Shown here piece after piece: positions 55,960 through 64,000 of a DNA stretch of 64,000 bases. The notes below the pieces were generated by a model. It was not told the DNA's origin. It did not search any database and saw nothing but the letters and a program-made list of their open reading frames with translations. The stretch's first letter is position 1. The number at the start of each line of letters is the position of its first letter. A program made the translations under genes and the position numbers. The stretch lies in contig JAAYLH010000119.1 of the NCBI GenBank assembly GCA_012521995.1, positions 2,483 through 66,482 on the forward strand. The letters are read 5' to 3'. Source of the DNA: Bacteroidales bacterium. GTDB lineage: Bacteria > Bacteroidota > Bacteroidia > Bacteroidales > UBA7960.

Positions 55960-56781
55960 ATGAAGAAACAGAATGCAGACGGCAGTGTCATGTCCTTCTG
56001 GGGTCACCTCGAGGCCCTGCGCGGGCACCTGATCCGCTCCGCCGCATCCATCGGCGTCTTTGCCCTGCTGGCTTTCCTGAGTAAAGACTTCCTGTTCTCG
56101 CGCGTGATACTGGCCCCAAAAGAACCCTATTTCTTAACCAACCGCCTGCTGTGCAGCCTGGCAGAAACCCTCTCGGCCCCGGCCCTGTGCATCAATAAAA
56201 ATCCCGTCCAACTGATCAACATCGATATGGCCGGGCAGTTTACCACCCATATCCTTACCTCGCTGGTGGTTGGATTGCTCCTCTCCATACCTTATGTGAT
56301 CTGGGAGGTGTGGCGGTTCATACGCCCGGGCCTCACCCCCCGCGAGCAAGCCAACTCGCGCGGAGCAGTGTTCATCATCAGCGGGCTGTTCCTCACAGGG
56401 GTCCTGTTCGCCTATTACCTCATCGTGCCCTTGGCCGTCAACTTCCTTGGTTCTTACCAAGTCAGCGGAATGGTGACCAACCAGATCGCCCTGCGATCCT
56501 ATATCTCAACCATCACCACCCTCTGCCTGGCTACAGGGCTGGTATTCGAGCTTCCCGTGTTCGTTTATTTCCTCAGCCGCGTTGGGGTGCTCACCCCTGC
56601 CCTGATGCGCAAACAACGCAAGTTCGCACTGGTGCTGATCCTCATCCTTTCGGCCATCATTACCCCGCCCGATGTGTTCAGCCAAATTATGGTCAGCATC
56701 CCCCTTTTCGCCCTGTATGAAATCAGCATCGGCATCTCGGCAAGGATCGAAAAGGAACGCCTGCAAAAAACCGCTGCCTGA
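55960..56781 (+). CDS. tatC: Twin-arginine translocase subunit TatC
   Basis: Trimmed to ATG 55960, downstream of the ferredoxin terminator. MSFWGHLEALRGHLIRS..., 6 TM spans, ITPPDVFSQ motif. Confidence 0.9.
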   Translation: MKKQNADGSVMSFWGHLEALRGHLIRSAASIGVFALLAFLSKDFLFSRVILAPKEPYFLTNRLLCSLAETLSAPALCINKNPVQLINIDMAGQFTTHILTSLVVGLLLSIPYVIWEVWRFIRPGLTPREQANSRGAVFIISGLFLTGVLFAYYLIVPLAVNFLGSYQVSGMVTNQIALRSYISTITTLCLATGLVFELPVFVYFLSRVGVLTPALMRKQRKFALVLILILSAIITPPDVFSQIMVSIPLFALYEISIGISARIEKERLQKTAA

Positions 56782-56983
56782 GCCTGAAACCCTTAACTCA
56801 TAAGGCCTCGCGAAACCTTGCCCTGCCCTGACTTTCTTATTAAACTTTTTTGATTATTTAATGTTATTTATGCATTGAAAAGGGGCACCGTTTTTTGTCC
56901 AAAATTGCGGACAAATTTGGCTAACTTTATAAAAAAAACGAAATAATAAATCCATAATAATCATTTTAATCATTTCATTGACA

Positions 56984-58627
56984 ATGAACAACGCACAGTT
57001 TTATTTTGACCGCCCTGCCAACGAGCCCATCCACCCCTATACCGAAGGAACGCCCGAGCGCCTGGAGCTGGAAAAGGAGCTTGAGCGCCAGAGCCTGATG
57101 GAAGTGGAGATCCCGCTCATCATCGGTGGCAAGGAAATCCGTACGGCCAAAACCGGCAAGGTAGTGATGCCACACAAGCACGGGCACGTGCTGGCCACTT
57201 ACCATATGGCCGGTGAAAAGGAAGTGCTGATGGCCATCGAGGCTGCCCTGGAAGCCCACAAGCAATGGCAGGAGATGTCGTGGGTTGAGCGCGCCTCCAT
57301 AAACCTTAAGATTGGTGAGCTCATTGCCAACAAGTACCGCCACGTGTTGAATGCCGCCACCATGCTGGGGCAGGGCAAAAACGTCTTCCAGTCGGAAATC
57401 GATGCCGTTTGCGAAACCATCGACTTCATCCGCTTCAACGCCCATTACGTCTCCGAGATCTACAACGACCAGCCCCATTCGGAGGTGGGCAACCTGAACC
57501 GCCTCGAATACAGGCCCCTCGAAGGATTCGTCTTCGCGGTAAGCCCTTTCAACTTCACCTCCATTGCCTCCAACCTGGTGCTCTCTCCCGTGCTGATGGG
57601 CAATACCGTGGTGTGGAAACCCGCCACCACCGCCCTGCTCTCCAATTATTACCTGATGAAGATCTATAAGGAAGCTGGGGTGCCCGATGGCGTCATCAAT
57701 TTTGTACCCGGCCCCGGCAGCACCATCGGCGAGGTGGCAATGAACCACAAAGACCTGGCCGGCATCCACTTCACCGGCAGCAACGCCACCTTCAACCACC
57801 TATGGAAAACCGTTGCCAACAACCTCGAAAACTACCGCTCTTATCCCCGCGTGGTGGGCGAGACCGGCGGCAAGGACTTCGTGTTTGTTCACCCCTCGGC
57901 CGACGTGGATGAGGTGGCCACCGCACTGGTGCGCGGCGCCTTCGAATACCAGGGGCAGAAATGCTCGGCAGCCTCAAGGGCTTACATCCCCGAGTCACTC
58001 TGGGATTCAATCAAACGCCGCATCGACCGCAACCTGAAACTCATCCAGAAAGGCGACCCCACCGAGTTCTGCAACTTCGTCAATGCCGTCATCGACGAGA
58101 AAGCCTTTAAACGCATCACCGGATATATTGACAAGGCAAGGAATTCAAAGGATGCCGAGATTTTATTCGGGGGCAAGAGCGATATGTCGCAAGGCTATTT
58201 CATCGACCCCACGGTAATCCTGGCCCACGACCCCCGCTTCGTCACCATGGAAGAGGAGATCTTCGGGCCCGTGCTCAGCATCCACGTCTATCCCGATGAT
58301 AAGTTTGCAGAAACCCTGCAGCTGTGCGACACCACCTCACCCTACGGCCTCACGGGCTCCATCTTCAGCAAGGACCGCTATGCCACAGTGCAGGCATTGT
58401 CGACCCTGCGCTATGCAGCAGGCAATTTCTACATCAACGACAAGCCCACCGGGGCCGTGGTCGGGCAACAGCCCTTTGGCGGCTCGCGCCAGTCGGGCAC
58501 CAACGACAAGGCCGGAAGCCACCTCAACCTCTTGCGCTGGCTCAGCCCGCGCACCATCAAGGAGACCTTCCTGCCCCCCACCGACTTCCGCTATCCCCAT
58601 ATGCACGAGAAAAAGTGCGGGTGCTAA
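56984..58627 (+). CDS. pruA: L-glutamate gamma-semialdehyde (1-pyrroline-5-carboxylate) dehydrogenase
   Basis: ATG at 56984 (MNNAQFYFDRPANEP). ALDH motifs VGETGGKDF and catalytic Cys in FEYQGQKCSAASR. PruA-type N- and C-termini. Confidence 0.9.
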   Translation: MNNAQFYFDRPANEPIHPYTEGTPERLELEKELERQSLMEVEIPLIIGGKEIRTAKTGKVVMPHKHGHVLATYHMAGEKEVLMAIEAALEAHKQWQEMSWVERASINLKIGELIANKYRHVLNAATMLGQGKNVFQSEIDAVCETIDFIRFNAHYVSEIYNDQPHSEVGNLNRLEYRPLEGFVFAVSPFNFTSIASNLVLSPVLMGNTVVWKPATTALLSNYYLMKIYKEAGVPDGVINFVPGPGSTIGEVAMNHKDLAGIHFTGSNATFNHLWKTVANNLENYRSYPRVVGETGGKDFVFVHPSADVDEVATALVRGAFEYQGQKCSAASRAYIPESLWDSIKRRIDRNLKLIQKGDPTEFCNFVNAVIDEKAFKRITGYIDKARNSKDAEILFGGKSDMSQGYFIDPTVILAHDPRFVTMEEEIFGPVLSIHVYPDDKFAETLQLCDTTSPYGLTGSIFSKDRYATVQALSTLRYAAGNFYINDKPTGAVVGQQPFGGSRQSGTNDKAGSHLNLLRWLSPRTIKETFLPPTDFRYPHMHEKKCGC

Positions 58628-58657
58628 ACCGGACATCATTTTCAGTTTCATTAAAAA

Positions 58658-58689
58658 ACGGCGGCTTCAGGGCTGCCGTTTTTGTTTTG
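58658..58689 (+). terminator. Intrinsic terminator of pruA
   Basis: acggcggc (58658-65) pairs with gctgccgt (58672-79) with one G-U, then ttttgtttt. Confidence 0.75.
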
Positions 58690-58755
58690 GGTAAACCATT
58701 GCCTGAGAGGAATCAGAAAGCATTGATATTGAGGGTTTTTTTCTACCATCTTCAG

Positions 58756-58816
58756 AGTTAATACGGAGTTTATACGCTTTAAACCGTATTAACTCCGTAT
58801 TAACTCCGTATTAACC
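58756..58816. repeat. 11-bp unit ccgtattaact: three tandem direct copies plus one exact inverted copy
   Basis: Direct copies at 58784-94, 58795-805 and 58806-16 (the last is ccgtattaacc). Inverted copy agttaatacgg at 58756-66. Units in the same 11-bp register further left start tacggagttta / tacgctttaaa. Confidence 0.85.
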
Positions 58817-58826
58817 CATACCCTGA
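58806..58826 (+). repeat. Dispersed 21-mer ccgtatWaacccataccctga, copy 1
   Basis: 20 of 21 nt identical to 61200-61220. Confidence 0.85.
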
Positions 58827-59030
58827 TCCTCCCTTGAAAGGACCCTGGCCCCTCCCTCTAGCCCTGCCAAACGCTTGCCGGGGTCGTGCACGGCAAGACC
58901 TCATCCGGGCCTGGCAGGAGGATCATAGGGACTTGGTACGAGCAAGGTGGTATGGTAAATGAAGAATTAAAAATGAAAAATGAAAAATTTAAGACAGGAA
59001 TGGATGCTGAAAAAGGAGTAATGGATTCAT

Positions 59031-59232
59031 TGATTTCAGATCAACGATCAAGGATTTTTGATTTTTGATGTAATGTATTGGAAACCAGCACCCAAAACTT
59101 GACCCTTGAATCTTAAACTTTGAACTTTTTGATTTCAGATAACCGATCACGGATATTTTATTTTTGATGTAACATACTGTAAACCAGTACCCAAAACCTG
59201 AAACCTGGAACCTGGAACCTTAAACCTTGAAC
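59031..59232. repeat. Two tandem copies of a ~99-bp unit (period 99 bp) with GATC-containing heads and CA/GGAACC-rich tails
   Basis: Copy A 59031-59129 begins tgatttcagatcaacgatcaaggatttttgatttttgatgtaatg... Copy B 59130-59232 begins tgatttcagataaccgatcacggatattttatttttgatgtaaca... They are about four-fifths identical by eye over the first 70 nt. Confidence 0.85.
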
Positions 59233-59262
59233 GCCCATCCCCGAACCCCAAACTTCAAACCC

Positions 59263-60294
59263 TTATCCAACGGTCATTTCTCCCCGTAAGGGCGTTTGGA
59301 AGTATTTTTTCAAACGGTCGCTCGTATAGTTATTTCCCAGGAGGTACATCAGCTTGGTAAGGGCGGCCTCGGTGGTCATATCGTAGCCGCTCAGGACGCC
59401 CAGCTTTTGCAGGCCCTTGCCGGTTTCGTACTTGCCCATCTGAACGGCGCCGCCGCGGCACTGGGTCACGTTGCAAATCAGCAGCCCGTTTTTGATGGCC
59501 TTGCCGATGGCCTCCAGGAACCAGGCGTCGGTTGGGGCATTGCCCGAGCCGTAGGTCTCCATCACCAGGGCCTTGAGGCCGGGGATGGTCAGGATGGATT
59601 CCACAACTTGGGGGGTAATGCCCGGGAAGAGTTTGAGGATGGCGATATTGGTGTCGAGGCTGGTAAAGATGCGGAATTCCTGCTCCTGGGGCTGGTGAAT
59701 GGCGGGGAAGTCGTATTTGATCTCGACGCCGGCGCGGGCCAGCACGGGGTAGTTCACCGAGCGGAAGGCCTCAAAATGTTCGGCGTTGAATTTATGGGTG
59801 CGGTTGCCGCGGTAGAGCTGGTATTCAAAATAGACGCACACCTCAGGCACTATGGGCTTGCCATCCTTTTTGGCAGCGGCGATCTCGATGGCGGTAATGA
59901 AATTCTCCTTGCCGTCGGTACGGATCATCCCGATAGGCAGTTGCGAACCGGTTAGGATGACTGGCTTCGAGAGGTTCTCGAACATAAAGCTCAGGGCTGA
60001 AGCGGTATAGGCCATGGTATCAGAACCGTGCAGAATGACGAAGCCATCGTAATGCTCATAGTGCTTTTCGATGAGCTGGGCCAGCCTGACCCATACCTCG
60101 GGGGTCATATTGCTCGAGTCGATGATGGGGTCGAAGGAGATGCTGCTGATCTGGCACTTGAACTTTTTGATCTCGGGGATCTGTTCGGTGAGATGCGCAA
60201 AATCGAAAGGATTCAGGGTGCCGGTGGCGCTGTCCTCGACCATGCCAATGGTGCCGCCGGTGTATATGACCAGGATGGATGAATTGCTGCTCAT
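59263..60294 (-). CDS. ansA: Type I L-asparaginase
   Basis: 343 aa. N-terminal ILVIYTGGTIGM (TGGTIG motif), HGSDTMAYTASAL, GSQLP. Confidence 0.9.
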   Translation of the reverse strand: MSSNSSILVIYTGGTIGMVEDSATGTLNPFDFAHLTEQIPEIKKFKCQISSISFDPIIDSSNMTPEVWVRLAQLIEKHYEHYDGFVILHGSDTMAYTASALSFMFENLSKPVILTGSQLPIGMIRTDGKENFITAIEIAAAKKDGKPIVPEVCVYFEYQLYRGNRTHKFNAEHFEAFRSVNYPVLARAGVEIKYDFPAIHQPQEQEFRIFTSLDTNIAILKLFPGITPQVVESILTIPGLKALVMETYGSGNAPTDAWFLEAIGKAIKNGLLICNVTQCRGGAVQMGKYETGKGLQKLGVLSGYDMTTEAALTKLMYLLGNNYTSDRLKKYFQTPLRGEMTVG

Positions 60295-60305
60295 TCGGGG
60301 ATGGA

Positions 60306-61088
60306 TTATTTGGTAAGGTTATGGAGCTTAAAAAGATTCCTTGCGTTCTGGGTGGTGATGGCGGCGACCTCCGCCAGAGAGGCCCCGGTCAGTTCGGCCA
60401 CCTGCCTTCCTATCAGGGGGATATAGGCGCTCTCGTTGCGCTTGCCGCGATGGGGCACAGGGCTCAGGTAAGGCGCATCGGTTTCGAGGATGAGGTGTTC
60501 AAGGCCCACTGCCTGAACTACCCTGGCCATACTGCTTTTTTTGTAGGTCACCACCCCGCCGATGCCCAGCAAGAAGCCCAGTTCGATGGCCTGGCGGGCT
60601 TGCTGTTCATCGCCGGGGAAGCAATGAAACACGCCCCTGAGCCCGCTTCCGCGGAAAGGCTCGAGGGCTTCAAATATCTCCTCCAGGGCTTGACGCGAAT
60701 GGATCACAAGGGGCAGGTCGTATTGGATGGCCAGCTCTGCATGTCGCTGAAAAGCAATGACTTGCTCCTTGAAAAATGTCTTATCCCAATACAGGTCAAT
60801 GCCTGTTTCGCCTACGGCTACAAAGCCGCCTTTGGCCAGCCAATGCTCCACCTCAGCCAGCTGCTGCCGGTAATCTTCTTTCACGGAAGTGGGATGCAGG
60901 GCCATCATGGGCAGGCAAAGGCCGGGGAAGGCTTCTGCGGCCAGCATCATCGGGCCGATGGTCGTTTGATCGACATTGGGCATCAGCAGAGGCATCACAC
61001 CAGCCCCCACCGCACGGGCTATCATCTCCGGCCGGTCTTTATCAAATTCGGATAAATAAATATGTACGTGGGTGTCGATCCAGTTCAT
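60306..61088 (-). CDS. tatD: TatD-family metal-dependent hydrolase
   Basis: 260 aa. WIDTHVHIY, GETGIDLYW, VIHSRQA, HCFPG, LILETDAPYLSPVPHRGKRNE. Confidence 0.9.
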   Translation of the reverse strand: MNWIDTHVHIYLSEFDKDRPEMIARAVGAGVMPLLMPNVDQTTIGPMMLAAEAFPGLCLPMMALHPTSVKEDYRQQLAEVEHWLAKGGFVAVGETGIDLYWDKTFFKEQVIAFQRHAELAIQYDLPLVIHSRQALEEIFEALEPFRGSGLRGVFHCFPGDEQQARQAIELGFLLGIGGVVTYKKSSMARVVQAVGLEHLILETDAPYLSPVPHRGKRNESAYIPLIGRQVAELTGASLAEVAAITTQNARNLFKLHNLTK

Positions 61089-61199
61089 GGGGCAAAATTA
61101 GGATAAAAAACGGGATAAAACAGTCCCCGAAAGGGGGATTCAGAAACTTGAACCCATCCGGGGCAAGGTCAGCACAGAAAAAATTCGTATTATTGTCAG

Positions 61200-61220
61200 C
61201 CGTATAAACCCATACCCTGA
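61200..61220 (+). repeat. Dispersed 21-mer ccgtatWaacccataccctga, copy 2 (34 nt upstream of the aminopeptidase ATG)
   Basis: 20 of 21 nt identical to 58806-58826. Also, 61144-61159 aaacttgaacccatcc resembles 59222-59240 aaaccttgaacgcccatcc. Confidence 0.85.
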
Positions 61221-61254
61221 AAAATATTTTGACACAACAATAAAACCAAACAAG

Positions 61255-62220
61255 ATGAACGAAGAACTGAAGAAAGCCTCTGTAATCGGCCTGCGCGATG
61301 CGATGGGCCTGAAACCCGAAGAGACCCTGCTGATTGTGACCGATGAAATCAAGCGTGAGATCGGGCTTGCGCTGCACGAGGCGGGCAAGGAACTATGCAA
61401 GGAAAGTATGCTGATCGAGATCCGCTCGCGCGAGATCAACGGGCAGGAGCCCCCTGCCCCCGTGGCCGCGATGATGAAGATGGTGGATGTTGTGGTATGC
61501 CCCACGGCCAAGTCGCTGACCCACACCGACGCCCGCCGCGAGGCCGTAAAAGTTGGCGTGCGCGTGGGCACGATGCCCGGAATCACGGTCGATATTATGT
61601 CGCGCTGCCTCAATGCCGATTTCGATAAGATCGTCGACCTGACCAATTTCATTGCCGACCGCCTGGTAGGGGTGAAAACGATCAGGGTGGTGACTGAAAA
61701 GGGTACCGACATAACGATGCCGGTTGAAGGGCGCAAGATTATCCCCAGCACGGGCGTCCTCAGGAACAAGGGCGAAAGCGGCAACATGCCCTCGGGCGAG
61801 GTATACCTGGCGCCCATCGAAGGTCAGTCGAACGGCAAGGTCGTGATCGACGGATCGATGGCCGGCATCGGGATGATCAGCACCCCCATCACCGTGCAGG
61901 TGGTGGATGGCTTTGCCGAAGAGATCACCGGGGGCGAAGAAGCCCAGCGCCTCGTCGCCATGCTTAACAAGTCGGGACGCGATGCCCGCGCAGTGGCCGA
62001 GTTCGGCATCGGCACAAACTATAAAGCCATACTGACGGGGCAAATCCTGGAAGACGAAAAAGTGTTCGGCACCATTCACGTGGCCTTCGGCAATAACCTC
62101 ACCATGGGAGGAACCATTGCCGTGAACAGCCACCTCGACGGGCTGGTCAAGGAGCCGGATGTTTATTTCGATGATGCGATGATAATGAAGAAAGGAAAAC
62201 TGCTGAACTTCGAAGTTTAA
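61255..62220 (+). CDS. Aminopeptidase (AmpS / aminopeptidase T-like, COG2309-type short form)
   Basis: 321 aa. The assignment rests on the overall pattern (LIVTDEIKREIG..., SLTHTDARREA, GEVYLAPIEGQSNGKVVIDGS, EFGIGTN, HVAFGNN), which I recognise from this family. Moderate certainty. Confidence 0.65.
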   Translation: MNEELKKASVIGLRDAMGLKPEETLLIVTDEIKREIGLALHEAGKELCKESMLIEIRSREINGQEPPAPVAAMMKMVDVVVCPTAKSLTHTDARREAVKVGVRVGTMPGITVDIMSRCLNADFDKIVDLTNFIADRLVGVKTIRVVTEKGTDITMPVEGRKIIPSTGVLRNKGESGNMPSGEVYLAPIEGQSNGKVVIDGSMAGIGMISTPITVQVVDGFAEEITGGEEAQRLVAMLNKSGRDARAVAEFGIGTNYKAILTGQILEDEKVFGTIHVAFGNNLTMGGTIAVNSHLDGLVKEPDVYFDDAMIMKKGKLLNFEV

Positions 62221-62229
62221 AATAAAAAA

Positions 62230-62284
62230 AAAAATGAAAAATGAAGAATGTTCCCATTAGATCCATTCTTCATTTTTCATTTTT
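62230..62284. terminator. Perfect 21-bp-stem hairpin: bidirectional terminator between the convergent aminopeptidase and tdh-like genes
   Basis: aaaaatgaaaaatgaagaatg (62230-50) pairs with cattcttcatttttcattttt (62264-84). 13-nt loop. A-run on the left, T-rich on the right. Confidence 0.85.
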
Positions 62285-62294
62285 CACTTTACAT

Positions 62295-63242
62295 TTAATT
62301 AAATTTTTCCTTCACTCCTTTCAGCATCACCTCGGTCATTCGTTCCAGGTCGAAGGTCGTTTTGAGCCCCCAGTCGTGGGTTGCAACGCTATCGTCAATG
62401 CTCTGGGGCCAGCTTTCAGCGATGGCCTGGCGGAAGTCGGGATTATAGTTTATTTCAAAACCAGGGATGTGTTTTTTAATGGATTCAGCCACTTCTTTTG
62501 GGCTGAAGCTGATGCCCGCCACATTGTAGCTTGAGCGCACGCTTATTTTTGCGTCATCGGCTTCCATCACGCCGATGGTGGCCTTGATGGCATCGTCCAT
62601 AAACATCATAGGCAGGTAGGTATTTTCTTTCAGGAAACACTCATAATTGCCATTGCGGATGGCTTCGTAATAGATCTCCACGGCATAATCGGTGGTGCCG
62701 CCCCCGGCTTCAGTCTTGTAGCTGATGAGCCCGGGGTAACGTAGGCTGCGGCTTTCCACGCCATAGCGCTCGAAATAGTATTGCAACCAGCGTTCACCGG
62801 CCAGCTTGCTGATGCCGTACACCGTGTTGGGCTCCATCACGGTGAACTGGGGGGTGTTGACCCTGGGCGTGGTGGGGCCGAACACGGCGATGGAGCTGGG
62901 CCAGAAGATGCGCTTGAGGCTGAGCTCACGGGCCATCTCAAGCACGTTGAGCAAGCTCTCCATATTGATATGCCAGCTTGCCAGGGGCTTCTTCTCGGCG
63001 TTTCCCGAAAGGATGGCAGCCAGATGATAGATCTGGGTGATCTTGTTGCGGCTCACGGTGCCAAACAGGCGGTGGGTGTCGAGCACATCGAGGATTTCGA
63101 AGGGGCCGCCTTCAGTGATCTCTTTACTGGCAGGCTTGATATCGGTAGCCACCACGTTTTCGCCACCGTACAACTTGCGCAGTTCAAGAGTTAGCTCCGA
63201 GCCGATTTGACCGGCACATCCAATTACGAGAATCTTTTCCAT
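62295..63242 (-). CDS. NAD-dependent epimerase/dehydratase-fold enzyme, most like SDR-type L-threonine 3-dehydrogenase
   Basis: Trimmed to ATG 63242 (MEKILVIGCAGQIGSEL, Rossmann GxxGxxG). Catalytic YGISK (YxxxK). The track ORF extends to 63410 through low-complexity sequence. Confidence 0.75.
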   Translation of the reverse strand: MEKILVIGCAGQIGSELTLELRKLYGGENVVATDIKPASKEITEGGPFEILDVLDTHRLFGTVSRNKITQIYHLAAILSGNAEKKPLASWHINMESLLNVLEMARELSLKRIFWPSSIAVFGPTTPRVNTPQFTVMEPNTVYGISKLAGERWLQYYFERYGVESRSLRYPGLISYKTEAGGGTTDYAVEIYYEAIRNGNYECFLKENTYLPMMFMDDAIKATIGVMEADDAKISVRSSYNVAGISFSPKEVAESIKKHIPGFEINYNPDFRQAIAESWPQSIDDSVATHDWGLKTTFDLERMTEVMLKGVKEKFN

Positions 63243-63499
63243 GTGATGCGTTATTTGGGGTTGGGTGATTTTTGCGGCAAAGATAGGAAAACTGGGGAGA
63301 TGGGAAAAGGGTGAGGATAGAAAAAGAGGGGTCGTTCTTGGCAGAATTGTCATTTTTGTCCTTGTTGCAGGGGTTGTATGGCTTGTATTGGTTGACGGGA
63401 AATGGGGCAAAAAAGCAAGGGTGGCTTGTTATGAAAATTTAGCTTGTTCAGCCAAGGCTTTTTCGCTATTTTTGCTGATTGTCTGCTAACACAAAAAGG

Positions 63500-64000
63500 A
63501 TGGACAGTTTTATTGTTTCTGCAAGAAAATACAGGCCTGTAACATTTGATTCTGTTGTTGGTCAGAAGTCGATTACCAATACGCTGAAAAATGCCATTCG
63601 CAATGAGCACCTGGCCCAGGCCTTCCTGTTTACCGGGCCGCGCGGGGTGGGGAAAACCACCTGTGCCCGCATTCTTGCAAAAACCATCAACTGCGAGAAC
63701 CTGAGCGAGAAGATAGAGGCCTGCGACCAGTGTGAGCCCTGCAAGGCCTTCAACGAATCGAGCGCCTTCAACGTCCATGAGCTGGATGCCGCCTCTAACA
63801 ACTCGGTAGATGACATCCGCAAACTGGTGGACCAGGTGCGCATTCCCCCGCAGATCGGGAAATACAAGGTGTATATCATCGACGAGGTGCATATGCTCTC
63901 GCAGGCCGCCTTCAACGCTTTTTTGAAGACCCTGGAAGAGCCACCCAAATATGCCAAATTTATCCTGGCCACCACCGAGAAGCATAAGATCATCCCCACC
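63500..64000 (+). CDS. dnaX: DNA polymerase III subunit gamma/tau, N-terminal part (continues beyond the right edge)
   Basis: Not in the ORF track because it is open at the edge. Hand translation: MDSFIVSARKYRPVTFDSVVGQKSITNTLKNAIRNEHLAQAFLFTGPRGVGKTTCARILAKTINC...CDQCEPC...YIIDEVHMLS... Confidence 0.9.
   Translation, partial: MDSFIVSARKYRPVTFDSVVGQKSITNTLKNAIRNEHLAQAFLFTGPRGVGKTTCARILAKTINCENLSEKIEACDQCEPCKAFNESSAFNVHELDAASNNSVDDIRKLVDQVRIPPQIGKYKVYIIDEVHMLSQAAFNAFLKTLEEPPKYAKFILATTEKHKIIPT

Noticed and set aside
58886-59068. 60-aa GTG-initiated ORF in the pruA-ansA spacer.
   Set aside because: It runs across low-complexity repeat sequence (KMKNEKFK from atgaaaaatgaaaaa) and into the 99-bp tandem unit. 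It has no promoter motif and does not look protein-like.
1-64000. Search for tRNA, rRNA, tmRNA, RNase P, SRP RNA, transposases, integrases, phage genes, toxin-antitoxin pairs and known defence genes.
   Set aside because: By eye, no cloverleaf-like or conserved-core RNA sequences were found in the larger intergenic regions (8128-8683, 30564-31175, 32661-33223, 58628-59262). No ORF carries recombinase, nuclease or RT signatures. Absence should be confirmed with tRNAscan-SE, Infernal and defence-finder tools.

Overview
This window reads as core chromosome from an anaerobic Bacteroidota-type bacterium. The evidence is three proteins ending in type-A T9SS C-terminal sorting domains, TAnnTTTG promoter motifs with no Shine-Dalgarno sites, many lipoprotein signal peptides, and korAB, ferredoxin and fhs. 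I support about 47 protein genes. Two of them run off the window edges and are missing from the ORF track: a TonB-dependent receptor at 1..2447 (-) and dnaX at 63500..64000 (+). A third missing gene is a 55-aa 2x[4Fe-4S] ferredoxin at 55637..55804 (+). Gene content by block: (i) 1-16.7 kb holds a TonB-dependent receptor and three large T9SS cargo proteins, interrupted by a plus-strand block (thioredoxin, DUF2089, membrane proteins, alpha/beta hydrolase), and ends with a membrane-anchored AraC regulator. (ii) 16.8-21 kb holds an AmmeMemoRadiSam radical SAM enzyme, an HExxH membrane protein, a class D beta-lactamase and a family-VIII-type serine hydrolase. (iii) Peptide and amino-acid catabolism genes are scattered throughout: Dcp, tricorn-like S41 protease, M1 aminopeptidase, AmpS-like aminopeptidase, methionine-gamma-lyase-family enzyme, asparaginase, PruA, SDR-type threonine dehydrogenase and KorAB. 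(iv) 34.5-40.7 kb is a molybdenum cofactor cluster: modBC-like, thiF-like, moeA, moaA, moaC and a MOSC-MogA fusion. (v) 40.8-45.8 kb holds a coiled-coil OmpA-family protein next to a 1154-aa outer-membrane protein of unknown function. I saw no rRNA, tRNA, CRISPR array, transposase, integrase, phage gene or recognisable defence gene, so I cannot point to an obvious new multi-gene system. The least explained signals are non-coding. Two arrays of 11-bp units keep a CG-containing core (ACGT or CGTA) in register, and each sits in an unusually long spacer between convergent genes. There is a 99-bp tandem duplication with GGAACC/CA-rich tails. A small family of dispersed AT-rich palindromic elements and exact short repeats recurs in intergenic DNA. 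There is an orphan intrinsic terminator, and a helix-closed structured region upstream of moeA. Several ORF-track entries are over-extended at the 5' end and were trimmed to internal starts that give signal peptides or canonical N-termini. The many long antisense shadow ORFs were rejected.
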